From an uncultured virus (IMG/VR IMGVR_UViG_3300045995_000471) (Duplodnaviria > Heunggongvirae > Uroviricota > Caudoviricetes), in the IMG/VR virus record IMGVR_UViG_3300045995_000471: a stretch of DNA of 64,000 nucleotides, one strand, 5' to 3'. A model generated the notes under the pieces. The model searched no databases and was not told the origin of the DNA. It saw nothing but the letters and a program-made list of their open reading frames with translations. A program made the translations under genes and the position numbers. Shown here piece by piece: positions 9,054-18,178 of the stretch (the stretch's first letter is position 1; each line of letters starts with the position of its first letter).

Positions 9054-9832
9054 ATCACCGCCTTGTATTTATTATCCCAGATTTCGATAACGTCCATAAC
9101 TCCAGGAAAATAGTAATCTAGTAGTGGAATAGCATGCTCAATCATATCTAGAGGCACCCCCCAAATAACTTCTGCTATTGATCCTGCTATTGCGGCCAGC
9201 GTATCTGAATCGCCACCAAGAGACACCGCAAGTCGCACTGTGTCCTCATAACTTTCCGCCTCATATACGCAGCGAAATGCCTGGGGGACTGATCCTTGGC
9301 AAGTTTCATCAAACTCGTAAGTCTCTCGCATTTTATCTACTGGTGTTTTTACGTCATACCCAAACTCGAACTGCATTATTTGCCGTAGTGTTTCTTTATT
9401 ATTACCCATCCTAGCCGCATGAACACAAGCTGCTACTGCCTGCGCTCCCTTTATACCTTCGGGATGCCCGTGTGTAATAATAGCAGACTTCTTAGCTTCA
9501 TCCCTAACTTGGTCTGCATCTGTGTATGCCCATCCTATAGGAGATACACGCATAGCAGAACCGTTACCATAGGAATCTACAGGTAAACTCGTAGGATCCA
9601 GGGCCCACTTATAGAACCTTTCACCGTAACCTCCCCACGGGTACAATGATGTATACTGTCGGTACATTACCTCATAAGGGATACGCTGTAGGATAGCCGC
9701 GGCAGTAGCAATAGTCAACACACTATCATCTGTTGGGTGCGATTCCTCTATAAATAAGGGAAAGTCTACTGTTTTTATTTTGTTAAATTCATAGGGACTC
9801 CCTATGATATCTCCTACAATTGCTCCGAACAT
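9050..9832 (-). CDS. ADP-ribosylglycohydrolase (DraG/ARH family)
   Basis: GAIVGDIIGSPYEF, TDDS, SYGNGSAMRVSP, THGHPEG, TCQGSVP, GGDSDT; start MFGA at 9832. Confidence 0.92.
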   Translation of the reverse strand: MFGAIVGDIIGSPYEFNKIKTVDFPLFIEESHPTDDSVLTIATAAAILQRIPYEVMYRQYTSLYPWGGYGERFYKWALDPTSLPVDSYGNGSAMRVSPIGWAYTDADQVRDEAKKSAIITHGHPEGIKGAQAVAACVHAARMGNNKETLRQIMQFEFGYDVKTPVDKMRETYEFDETCQGSVPQAFRCVYEAESYEDTVRLAVSLGGDSDTLAAIAGSIAEVIWGVPLDMIEHAIPLLDYYFPGVMDVIEIWDNKYKAVI

Positions 9833-10026
9833 GTTTGTTCCTCTTCTTCCTTTATCCCTGTTATGTGTCCACAATATTTGCATGCCAGTGTGTCTGGTAT
9901 AGGTTCATCCCAAGTCCAAGCCGATGTCTTACCACATTTGGTACAACGTGTACGGATAAATATCTTGGTTGGGCTTATTTTTGTTTCATTATATCTGGAT
10001 GTTTTTTGTCCTTTATTTTTACCCAT
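9814..10026 (-). CDS. Small zinc-ribbon protein
   Basis: CTKC...CKYC; fills the gap between genes. Confidence 0.6.
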   Translation of the reverse strand: MGKNKGQKTSRYNETKISPTKIFIRTRCTKCGKTSAWTWDEPIPDTLACKYCGHITGIKEEEEQTCSEQL

Positions 10027-10819
10027 CGCAAAACTCCTCTAATTGAATATCCTTTAGGCCCCACGAGTCACTGGTTACAGTCTTACCATAACCGCTATCA
10101 AGGGGAGCACCTGGATGTCGAATGTGAAAAATACTAAATGGAGCTATATGTAAATCCTCGCCTAATTGGTTCGCTCGCTCTACTTGCCACATATCCAAAC
10201 CAGCTTGAAAATTTCCTTCTGGAGTTGAATAGCCTCTTAACTGATGCCATAAAGTTTTAGACATCATTGTGAAATCTCCGTTGCTATTCATATCATGGTT
10301 CGTAGACATATTATGTGGATCACGGCAGTAATTCCTGAGTCTATCAAGGTCTAGGCCACACTCTAATACATTATGGTAAACGGTTGTTCTATTAGCTATC
10401 ATCACACCCCTGTGCCTAACACGCTCTAGCGCATTAGGGTAGACTTGATCCAACCACAAACAGTCTGGGTTAATAGCTAGAATCATATCCCCTCGGGCGC
10501 GCCGAATTCCAACATTTTTTGCGTGCATCTCATGATAATCTCGTGCCGTCACAGTGGCTGCTATCTTCGCGGGTACAGTTATAATGCGTATTCTAGGGTG
10601 GTGTAGGAATTCCCAATCATATAACCTATATCTATTAGGTTTGGGGTTCCATTCTACCATAATTATCTCATAATCAAAATTACGGAAAGCTTCCCGCAAA
10701 GTAAATATAGAATACCGTGCCCGCTCTTTCTCTGGTGTTGGCACAGCAGGTTCTATATCCCGGTATATTTTGTTTCCATAATCGTTATTACTAGTAGCTA
10801 TTACTATTGATAATTCCAT
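10019..10819 (-). CDS. GT-A fold glycosyltransferase (GT2-like)
   Basis: LSIVIAT, YEIIMVEWN, AKNVGIRRARGDMILAINPD, NGDFTMM, FHIRH. Confidence 0.75.
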   Translation of the reverse strand: MELSIVIATSNNDYGNKIYRDIEPAVPTPEKERARYSIFTLREAFRNFDYEIIMVEWNPKPNRYRLYDWEFLHHPRIRIITVPAKIAATVTARDYHEMHAKNVGIRRARGDMILAINPDCLWLDQVYPNALERVRHRGVMIANRTTVYHNVLECGLDLDRLRNYCRDPHNMSTNHDMNSNGDFTMMSKTLWHQLRGYSTPEGNFQAGLDMWQVERANQLGEDLHIAPFSIFHIRHPGAPLDSGYGKTVTSDSWGLKDIQLEEFCDG

Positions 10820-10822
10820 TTA

Positions 10823-11062
10823 TTACACCGCGGTTGCCATTATTTGAAAAATGCCGACAGAATCATCAAGCTCGACAATACAATAAGCGTTACCAAATGC
10901 ATCTGTTTCCCCATAATATTTCTCTTCGTCTCCCTCAACATAGAAGACAATTTTATTCCTCGCTATAGGCTGTCCACCATCGTTTGTCAGTTTAGCAACA
11001 ACAACTATAAGATCTCCCTCATGCCCAACCAAAGAAGATGCAGATACATCCATTTTCATCAT
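10823..11062 (-). CDS. Small stand-alone Ig-like (Big_1-like) protein
   Basis: Start MMKMD at 11062 after GGAGG; AKLTNDGGQPIA..KIVF....GETDAFGNA pattern. Confidence 0.55.
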   Translation of the reverse strand: MMKMDVSASSLVGHEGDLIVVVAKLTNDGGQPIARNKIVFYVEGDEEKYYGETDAFGNAYCIVELDDSVGIFQIMATAV

Positions 11063-11063
11063 C

Positions 11064-11453
11064 TTAAACCTCCACAAAGGAGAGGTTATCTTCCTCAATG
11101 CCTGTAGGACCCTTCTGAAGCAGGCTATATATCTTCTCAACAAAATCTTTAGGAACATCTGCTGTCGCAACAACCTCTGTAAGTAACGTTTGCAGTTCTC
11201 CCTTGCCATCAACTTTATAGATATGCTCAATTGTTCCTATATAGCCCTCTTGACCTCGTTCATCTTTCCAGTAACAAATCATATGGCCGTTAGCCAAAAC
11301 CAGTTTAATGACATCTATTTTCTCCATAGGTGGTAGTTGGAGATCTTCGGGCATTGGGTCAAGTAAAAGTCTCATTGAGCTATTGCCCTGAGTAACGCCT
11401 ACCAAAAACATTTTGAAAGTATCAAATGGAACGGAATTTACTTTATCACACAT
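11064..11453 (-). CDS. Hypothetical protein
   Basis: 129 aa, coupled to neighbours; no motif recognised. Confidence 0.6.
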   Translation of the reverse strand: MCDKVNSVPFDTFKMFLVGVTQGNSSMRLLLDPMPEDLQLPPMEKIDVIKLVLANGHMICYWKDERGQEGYIGTIEHIYKVDGKGELQTLLTEVVATADVPKDFVEKIYSLLQKGPTGIEEDNLSFVEV

Positions 11454-12412
11454 TATATTAGTCCGTGTAGTTTTATTTTATCAAGCATGTATTGTGCCAC
11501 ATGCTTAGTAGTTAGATTATTCATAGCAAAATCCCAACACCCCTCCTGTAGGACTTCTAATTCTGCCTCATTATCCAGATAGTGTTTTACCTTCTGCACC
11601 AAATCCTTCTCATTTGTCCATAAAATACAATTCTCCCCATCAATAAAATTATGTAGAGGAATAATATTATCAGGATATTTTTGTATCACGGGTATAGCCT
11701 TAGCCGCATATGCTTCCATATGTCTGAAGCAACTACAACCTGCACCATAGGGACAGAAAACCATCTTAGTAGTATTTAAAGCTTGGTAGTAATTTCTGTC
11801 GTGTGTATATCTACCATAGACCCATTTAGACCAGTAATCATCTGGAATATTAAATTCATATCGTCCGTATCTAACGTTCATTCCTGCCGCAGCAAGTCGT
11901 TGTAAATAGTATTCCCGTTGTGCAGTAGATAATGTACCATAAAACATCATATCCACTGGGCGCTCAGCAATATTTTTTCTAGGACCAAAACATCCTTCTA
12001 GATAACGCCGCTCAATCCCGTAGTCTAAAGGAAAGACATTATTGCCCGGAGGATCACCAGCGTAGTCTCTTACAAATAAAGTATGATACTCCATATTACT
12101 GGGCACAGGCTTAATAGGACTATTAGGAGCAGACATATAATCTACGAAACGGTCATGCCCATGCACAATGATCTTCGGAACCATTTTACCACAAATATTG
12201 GTCCATTGATCACGATGTCCTGGAGTATAATCTGTGTCAGCCATTATAAATAGATCCAGATCTACATACTCACCATCATAAGGATAAGATTCAGCATAAT
12301 TTATAGGCCCATGGTGAATTGCGTAGACCTTATGTCCCAACTGTAATAGACCATCCACAACAGTCATAGATATAGAATCTACATATCTCGGAGTAAGGAT
12401 GCCTATATCCAT
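11453..12412 (-). CDS. Glycosyltransferase (GT-B; Glyco_trans_1_2/exostosin-like C-terminus)
   Basis: DMMFYG, YYQALNTTKMVFCPYGAG, FRHMEA..AKAIPV, FIDGENCILW. Confidence 0.75.
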   Translation of the reverse strand: MDIGILTPRYVDSISMTVVDGLLQLGHKVYAIHHGPINYAESYPYDGEYVDLDLFIMADTDYTPGHRDQWTNICGKMVPKIIVHGHDRFVDYMSAPNSPIKPVPSNMEYHTLFVRDYAGDPPGNNVFPLDYGIERRYLEGCFGPRKNIAERPVDMMFYGTLSTAQREYYLQRLAAAGMNVRYGRYEFNIPDDYWSKWVYGRYTHDRNYYQALNTTKMVFCPYGAGCSCFRHMEAYAAKAIPVIQKYPDNIIPLHNFIDGENCILWTNEKDLVQKVKHYLDNEAELEVLQEGCWDFAMNNLTTKHVAQYMLDKIKLHGLI

Positions 12413-13308
12413 ACGTGGACTCCTCCCTCAATAGGCTCCATGTCTACAATTTTCTTGCCATCTTCCCATTGTGTGAGAGTAATATGATCATATATACGTC
12501 CCCATTCTCTACCTTCATTAGGTCTAGTATTGACCAAACCTCTACGCAGCCTCTCATTCTGCTCTACCCATGAATATAATTCTTGCGGTACCCCTTGAGG
12601 CCCGCTAGCCATACCACCATGAAAAAGATGGATGGCAGGAGAATCCACCAGAGGAATGAAATTATCTTGGCCATACACCTTTCTCCACCAATCTAGGAAA
12701 TGGTCGTCCTCATTGCCTATCCCTGAGGCAAAGCGTTCATCTATACCACCCAGATTTAAATAACTGTCTTTCCTGAACATTGCTTGATAATATATCATAC
12801 GAGTGCTTGCATTTTCTCTAGTTATATGGGTATTATAATGGTGCCGCTTATAACGTATCCGAATGTCCTCAAAATCATATATCTCAAAATCATAACAATG
12901 ATATGGGAAAGGCATGACGATAGCATTCTCTGATTTGTTGAGAATTGCTACTCCTGTCTCTAAAAATTTAGAATCCAGTAATACCATCTCAGGATCGGTC
13001 TTTAATATATATGGACCACTACACAATTTAACTAGAATATTATATGGCTCCGCTGGGCAATTAAACCTCCTAGGAACTAATGTTTTTTTTGGATCCCACA
13101 TCCACTTCTTTACACTATGAAAAATCTTGCTATACTCTAGGAGCAAATCATCCAAACCATCAGTAGAGCCATCATCCAATACATTTAGTTCTACCATCTC
13201 ATTTGGTTGTAGGGGATGAAATTTACCAAAAAGATTCTTAGCAATTCCTTCTAAACACCACTTGAAAAGATGCGCTCGATTATGAATCCAAGTCATTACG
13301 GAAATCAT
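12403..13308 (-). CDS. GT2 glycosyltransferase with GT7-like C-terminal motif
   Basis: ISVMT..HNR, VLDDGSTD, KTDPE, GGIDERF..GIGNEDD, HLFH. Confidence 0.85.
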   Translation of the reverse strand: MISVMTWIHNRAHLFKWCLEGIAKNLFGKFHPLQPNEMVELNVLDDGSTDGLDDLLLEYSKIFHSVKKWMWDPKKTLVPRRFNCPAEPYNILVKLCSGPYILKTDPEMVLLDSKFLETGVAILNKSENAIVMPFPYHCYDFEIYDFEDIRIRYKRHHYNTHITRENASTRMIYYQAMFRKDSYLNLGGIDERFASGIGNEDDHFLDWWRKVYGQDNFIPLVDSPAIHLFHGGMASGPQGVPQELYSWVEQNERLRRGLVNTRPNEGREWGRIYDHITLTQWEDGKKIVDMEPIEGGVHVWI

Positions 13309-14501
13309 TTTTTAAGCCCTCGGGTGTTGGCTACTACGTCTGCTATAGATCCCAATAATGTCTTTGTAACTACATCCTGATTAAACTTCTCTGCCATATC
13401 TAAGCGAGCTTTCTGGCCTATAGAAAAAGCGTCCGCACGGTTATCAAAAACATACCGCATAAGTTCTGCTGCATGAGGTAAATTAGGCTCAGCCCATTTT
13501 TGAAAGCCTCTATAAAACTGAGACCACAACATATTGTCAACATAAGTAAGCTGGTAGTCTACTGGAAATGAATTTGTATTATTTAGGAACTGTCTAGTAC
13601 CTCCCCAATTCGTAGCTATTATAGGATTTCCTGCTGCGGCTGCTGCGGCGTAGGGTATTCCCCAAGACTCACCACGATCTAGCATTGCGTAGCAGTCACA
13701 TTCTTCATGCATCTGCACCATTTCTGCATCCGTTAGCTTCTCAGTAATGAGATAGACCGGAGGATAAGGCTTAATCATATTCATTGATTCTTTCAATTGC
13801 TTAATGTGATTAGCAATGACTTCCCTTTGGTCTTGCTCTTGTTCAACTCGTGTTAAGTATGTCTTTAATACCAGCAAGACATCATCTTCTGGAGTAAATG
13901 CATTATAGTAGGCCTTTAGTAGACCAATGCCATTCTTTCTTTCAGTCCACTGAAGAATAGAATAAAATTTATATGGTCCCTCACCAGGTTTTTCTTTGGC
14001 TTTGTAATCACTCACATCCTCACAATTTGGGACACAGTACACTGGGACAGTAACACCAGAATTCTTAAATACCCCTACAGCCCACTCGCTCTCTACAAAA
14101 ATAGCATTGAATTTATTACAACACTCGGTCCAATGTGGGTCCAGACGGTCAGTTTCCCAAGCCGTATGACATATATTAATAGAAGTGGGATCTATAAACT
14201 TAACTGCTACCTCTGGACTTAGCCTTATAAGATTTACGTCAAAAGGACGCGGCGTGCGGCACAAAGCATCAAGGACATCATGAATAGAACCAAGTTCTGG
14301 TTTAGTTTTATCGAATGGTGTGGTTGTAAAGTCAGGACGATCCTGCTCAAATGATATAGGCTGTATCCACATGGGAACTCCTAAACTATAGAGTCCTCTT
14401 ATATAGTTTCTAACACCTTGACCATAGCCTGAGCCATCAAATATACAACTAACTATCTTTATGCCTTGTATTCTAACTTCTGCCTTCTGTTCTTCTATCA
14501 T
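13305..14501 (-). CDS. GT4-family glycosyltransferase
   Basis: SGYGQ, WETD, ERKNGIGLLKAY, RGESWGIP...AAAAGNPIIAT.WGG. Confidence 0.88.
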   Translation of the reverse strand: MIEEQKAEVRIQGIKIVSCIFDGSGYGQGVRNYIRGLYSLGVPMWIQPISFEQDRPDFTTTPFDKTKPELGSIHDVLDALCRTPRPFDVNLIRLSPEVAVKFIDPTSINICHTAWETDRLDPHWTECCNKFNAIFVESEWAVGVFKNSGVTVPVYCVPNCEDVSDYKAKEKPGEGPYKFYSILQWTERKNGIGLLKAYYNAFTPEDDVLLVLKTYLTRVEQEQDQREVIANHIKQLKESMNMIKPYPPVYLITEKLTDAEMVQMHEECDCYAMLDRGESWGIPYAAAAAAGNPIIATNWGGTRQFLNNTNSFPVDYQLTYVDNMLWSQFYRGFQKWAEPNLPHAAELMRYVFDNRADAFSIGQKARLDMAEKFNQDVVTKTLLGSIADVVANTRGLKK

Positions 14502-15874
14502 ATTGACTCCCCTTTTTGCCAAGTAGCTTGAGCTGACATAGCCTCGATAGCTTGCTGAGGTCTTTGAAGATCAGCATACAAACTTTGGAATATATAATCA
14601 AATTTTGGCACTATATCCCGCTCCCAAAGAAGATTAGCATGTACCCACTGGTACGCTTTATCAGCCATCTGTCTTCCTATTTCTGGTTTCTCATAGAGCC
14701 GTTTAAGATACTTAACATAGTCACTTATATTAGCTAGAGGACGAATTATCTCGTTGTCCATGGTAAAGACATGGTGCATGTTAGGAGTATCTCCACTCCT
14801 ACACAAAAATCCGCGACCATCCGCAAATATTTCAGTCAATGCTGTATTGTCTGGGAAAATACATGGAGTTTTCGTCGCCATACTTTCAACACTTGATAGC
14901 TCCCACCCACCCCCACAGGTTGTGGATATACATACATCACCACAATTATAGAGATCATTGACTATGCCAACAGGAAAACCTGAATTTACATTAAAATTTC
15001 TTGGGAAAATTACATCGGCCCCCACCGTCAAGTCTAAGTGCTTACACACTCGCGGAAGATCCCAGCCCACATCTTTCTCAGCCATATGTAAGTACAAGAT
15101 GCTGTTGGGACATTCCTTTTTAAATTCTTTGAACACCATTAGAGTTCTAGGAATGTCCTTTCTCTGTTGATTTCTGTTTATATTTACAATAATAAACTTA
15201 TCTGCATGGGGCCCAAAATAAAATTTACGTAACTCCGATAATTTTGCAGGATCAACAGGAAAGAATTCCTTAACATTTATACCATGGGGAATTACCTGAA
15301 GTTTATCCTTGATCGCGGGATATTGGTTAATGCACTGCTTTCTTCCATACTCTGTGTAAGTGATGGGCACATCTACTGCTGACATAGCCTCAATCCACTC
15401 AGACCAAGGCACACCATCAATAGGGAAATAGGCTACGGTGCGAAAATTCTTGCCTTGTTTCTTAGCTTCTTGTATAAGATTGGGTAGGAAGGTAAGGATA
15501 AAGGAATCCTGTAGGAAGAAGGCTATATCGAAATCCATCTGAGGGATTATCTGTGTAACTTTCTCTCTTCCATAGGGATCGCCCTGAGGATTGGGCAACA
15601 TAGGATATATTTGAAATGGATACGGATGTGGAACACCCATATAATTTACACCAAAACAATAGATTTCATATCTGCCTGAAGCATGAAGTGCTGGCAGAAT
15701 ATTACTTGATACCTTTCCAAACCCTGTTGCTACGCTGGGGGCATCGCCATAAAACACCAAACGTATTCGTTTTTGTGGTGCTTTCTCTTTAGGGGGTTGT
15801 ATATTATAGCCTTGTGCAGCCAGTAAGTCCAAGGCCTCCTTAACTTCCGCCTTTTCTCCATCCTGATTTGTCAT
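14498..15874 (-). CDS. GT4-family glycosyltransferase
   Basis: TGFGKV, IPHGI, NRNQQRK, GGGWELSSVESMATKTP. Confidence 0.88.
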   Translation of the reverse strand: MTNQDGEKAEVKEALDLLAAQGYNIQPPKEKAPQKRIRLVFYGDAPSVATGFGKVSSNILPALHASGRYEIYCFGVNYMGVPHPYPFQIYPMLPNPQGDPYGREKVTQIIPQMDFDIAFFLQDSFILTFLPNLIQEAKKQGKNFRTVAYFPIDGVPWSEWIEAMSAVDVPITYTEYGRKQCINQYPAIKDKLQVIPHGINVKEFFPVDPAKLSELRKFYFGPHADKFIIVNINRNQQRKDIPRTLMVFKEFKKECPNSILYLHMAEKDVGWDLPRVCKHLDLTVGADVIFPRNFNVNSGFPVGIVNDLYNCGDVCISTTCGGGWELSSVESMATKTPCIFPDNTALTEIFADGRGFLCRSGDTPNMHHVFTMDNEIIRPLANISDYVKYLKRLYEKPEIGRQMADKAYQWVHANLLWERDIVPKFDYIFQSLYADLQRPQQAIEAMSAQATWQKGESI

Positions 15875-16112
15875 CCTTTTTCCCTCCGTTTAATACTATC
15901 ATAAATCTTACAATAGTCGCTCTATGCAATTCTTTTATTATATTATGATCCTTAAAGTCTCGGACTATAAATATGTTAGGTTTGTGCTCTATAAGTTCAC
16001 CAAAAACCTTATGACCACCAATTAATTCTATATAGATTTGTCTTCCTTCTTCCTCACTTTCTCGTGGTTTCGTATAAGGTGTGATCTTAGCATCCATATC
16101 CTTAGTTATCAT
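15840..16112 (-). CDS. Small protein with Sm/LSm/Hfq-like pattern
   Basis: IYIELIGGHKVFGELI..KPNIFIVRD....KELHRATIVRF resembles Sm1 and Sm2. Confidence 0.45.
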   Translation of the reverse strand: MITKDMDAKITPYTKPRESEEEGRQIYIELIGGHKVFGELIEHKPNIFIVRDFKDHNIIKELHRATIVRFMIVLNGGKKDDKSGWRKGGS

Positions 16113-16642
16113 TTCTTCTTTCGTTTAGCCTTGGCTTTCTTTTTAGGATCGTGACACTCTTCCCGGCTAGATATAACATAATACCACCCAAGAGTGAAAG
16201 CATCTGTTATATCATTACCTTTTTCAAATGTCTCTTTAAGTTTATATTGCTTCTTGAAGAACGCATAAGGTTCCTCTTTATTATTTTTAAACCCAACGCA
16301 CGCTCGTGCCTTAGCCGCAGTAATGCACACCGGATCAGTTCCAAGTAGTTCATAGGCTGTCAGAAATATGACACCTTTTGCATTATTAAGTCGCGCATTA
16401 GTTAAGGCATTCTTACCGGCATAGGTATCTTCCATAACTATAACGTCAGGGTGATACGAATTTATTAATTTTATAAATTCTATACGAATATAACTAAGCT
16501 TAAAGCCTAATGACATCGTGGGTTTGGTCTTTATAGTCCCATAATTGGATCCTTTAATGTGCTCAGTTCCTTTACCATTACGTGCATCTAGCACCGCCCA
16601 ACCGCTACAATTTAATGATCCATCAATAGCAAATATCCTCAT
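16109..16642 (-). CDS. ruvC: RuvC-like Holliday junction resolvase
   Basis: IFAIDGS..CSGWAV, VIVMED, DITDA; basic C-terminal tail. Confidence 0.85.
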   Translation of the reverse strand: MRIFAIDGSLNCSGWAVLDARNGKGTEHIKGSNYGTIKTKPTMSLGFKLSYIRIEFIKLINSYHPDVIVMEDTYAGKNALTNARLNNAKGVIFLTAYELLGTDPVCITAAKARACVGFKNNKEEPYAFFKKQYKLKETFEKGNDITDAFTLGWYYVISSREECHDPKKKAKAKRKKK

Positions 16643-17485
16643 TTAGGTATTCTCCGTTGTTCTATTATAAATTAACTCGTAAGCCTCCTTCAATTTTTCT
16701 AGTGCTGGTTCAGTTATCTGATCTAGAGTTGGGTAGATTATCCTAAGGTGTAGAATTAAATTCCCCGCAGGGCCCCCGTAGGGCCCAAAGAAACCTTCAT
16801 TGGGAACTATTACTCTACCATTATCATGGTGAGGTGATAATTTAACAGTAGCAGTATGGGACTCGCCAGTTAGTCCTGTCCCTCCACAGGCTGTACATTC
16901 GTTTTCCTTTATTAATCCCGTATGACCACAACTACCACAAGGACTATCAATAATCCTACGCTGTCTTCCAGCTTCCTTTACTTCTCGTCTTATACCATGT
17001 CCTTCACATACAGGACAATGTTTCAGATCGGCGCCGCGCCCACCGCATTCCTTGCATTTCACCAACCTGGGATATGTAATATTAATCTGATGCTGCAGAA
17101 GGAGATCAAAGGGATTAACCGCTATCTCGATTTCTTGATTCCGGCCTTGCTGTGTTCCAGGTACAGGGATAGGAGGAGCAGGAGGTCTATCGGAAGAGAA
17201 ATGAAAACCAAATCCTCCTGGAACAGGTCCCCCGGGGAACCCAAAAGGGCCGAAGTCAAACCCAAACGGATTCGACTGCGGCGGATTATCATAATTCATG
17301 CGTTTTTGAGGATCACCGAGGATATCATAGGCCTCAGAGATTTGTTTAAATCTATCCTCAGCCTCGTTATCTCCCTCATTGTGATCGGGGTGAGTCTCTA
17401 GTGCTAATTTTCTATAAGCTTTCTTGATCTCGTCTTCATTCGCGTTACTAGGTACTCCTAAAATATCATAATATGACTCACTCAT
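16643..17485 (-). CDS. dnaJ: DnaJ co-chaperone (J domain, G/F region, zinc finger, shortened C-terminal domain)
   Basis: YYDILGV...[13 protein letters not shown]; four CxxCxGxG repeats; GNLILHL. Confidence 0.92.
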   Translation of the reverse strand: MSESYYDILGVPSNANEDEIKKAYRKLALETHPDHNEGDNEAEDRFKQISEAYDILGDPQKRMNYDNPPQSNPFGFDFGPFGFPGGPVPGGFGFHFSSDRPPAPPIPVPGTQQGRNQEIEIAVNPFDLLLQHQINITYPRLVKCKECGGRGADLKHCPVCEGHGIRREVKEAGRQRRIIDSPCGSCGHTGLIKENECTACGGTGLTGESHTATVKLSPHHDNGRVIVPNEGFFGPYGGPAGNLILHLRIIYPTLDQITEPALEKLKEAYELIYNRTTENT

Positions 17486-17501
17486 TCCTGATCTTTACCT
17501 C

Positions 17502-18167
17502 TTACAACGGATCAAATCTATTAACTTTTATATCAGTAATCCAGTTAGGATTATTGGTATCTCTAGAAGCGTTCCAGCGGTTAAGAGTACCATAAATCTT
17601 TATGGCTGTTCCTTCTGGTAGCTGGGAGAGTTGCTGAGCAACCTGGCCCCAAGCCTGGCACATATAGCGGAAGTCTCGTACTTCCACTTGACCATTGGGT
17701 CCTAACTTAGGCTGTCCATTCTCGTATTGAACCATTTCCCATATGATAAAGAAGCCTAGACGAATGTTTCCATCACCTAGAGTAGTAACCTTGCACCCAT
17801 TAAGCCACCCCTCAATCATACACAAGTTTGTTCTCTGCATTTGTCCACGAGTCGGTGCCAGTTTAATCAACTGGGCACGCTGCTGTTGCTGTGGGGGCGG
17901 AGCTTGCTGCCACTGCGACTGATCCTGCGGTGGCTGCCACTGTTGCTGTCCTTGTGGTGGAGGCGGCTGCTGTCCCTGCTGCCACTGTTGGTGTGCATCA
18001 GGTGGCTGCTGTGGAGGTGGGGCCTGTTGCCATTGCGGCGGAGGCGGAGCCTGCTGTTGCGGCGGGACTGATTGCTGTTGTGGTGGAACATATGTACCAT
18101 CAGGGGTATAAGTTCCCTGATTTGGAGCATAAGTTTGATTTGCATTTGGATCATATACTGTTTCCAT
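17502..18167 (-). CDS. ssb: Single-stranded DNA-binding protein (C-terminal OB fold) with N-terminal Q/P-rich region
   Basis: NLCMIEGWL, CQAWGQVAQQL..LPEGTAIKIYGTL, TDIKVNRF match the SSB OB-fold pattern; next to primase. Confidence 0.7.
   Translation of the reverse strand: METVYDPNANQTYAPNQGTYTPDGTYVPPQQQSVPPQQQAPPPPQWQQAPPPQQPPDAHQQWQQGQQPPPPQGQQQWQPPQDQSQWQQAPPPQQQQRAQLIKLAPTRGQMQRTNLCMIEGWLNGCKVTTLGDGNIRLGFFIIWEMVQYENGQPKLGPNGQVEVRDFRYMCQAWGQVAQQLSQLPEGTAIKIYGTLNRWNASRDTNNPNWITDIKVNRFDPL
17870..18090 (-). repeat. Degenerate coding repeats Q(Q/S)WQQ(A/G/P)..PPPQ
   Basis: Repeated ctgctg/tgccac/ggcgg units; locally GC-rich. Confidence 0.8.
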
Positions 18168-18178
18168 TTTTTCTCCTG

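Noticed and set aside
1..15874. Ordinary bacterial O-antigen or capsule locus
   Set aside because: No flippase, polymerase, exporter or membrane priming enzyme in the window, and it is continuous with a phage-style replication operon; cannot be fully excluded without flanking sequence.
17870..18090. GC-rich repeats as a CRISPR array or non-coding element
   Set aside because: Degenerate, in frame and fully explained by Gln/Pro/Trp codons; no repeat-spacer structure.
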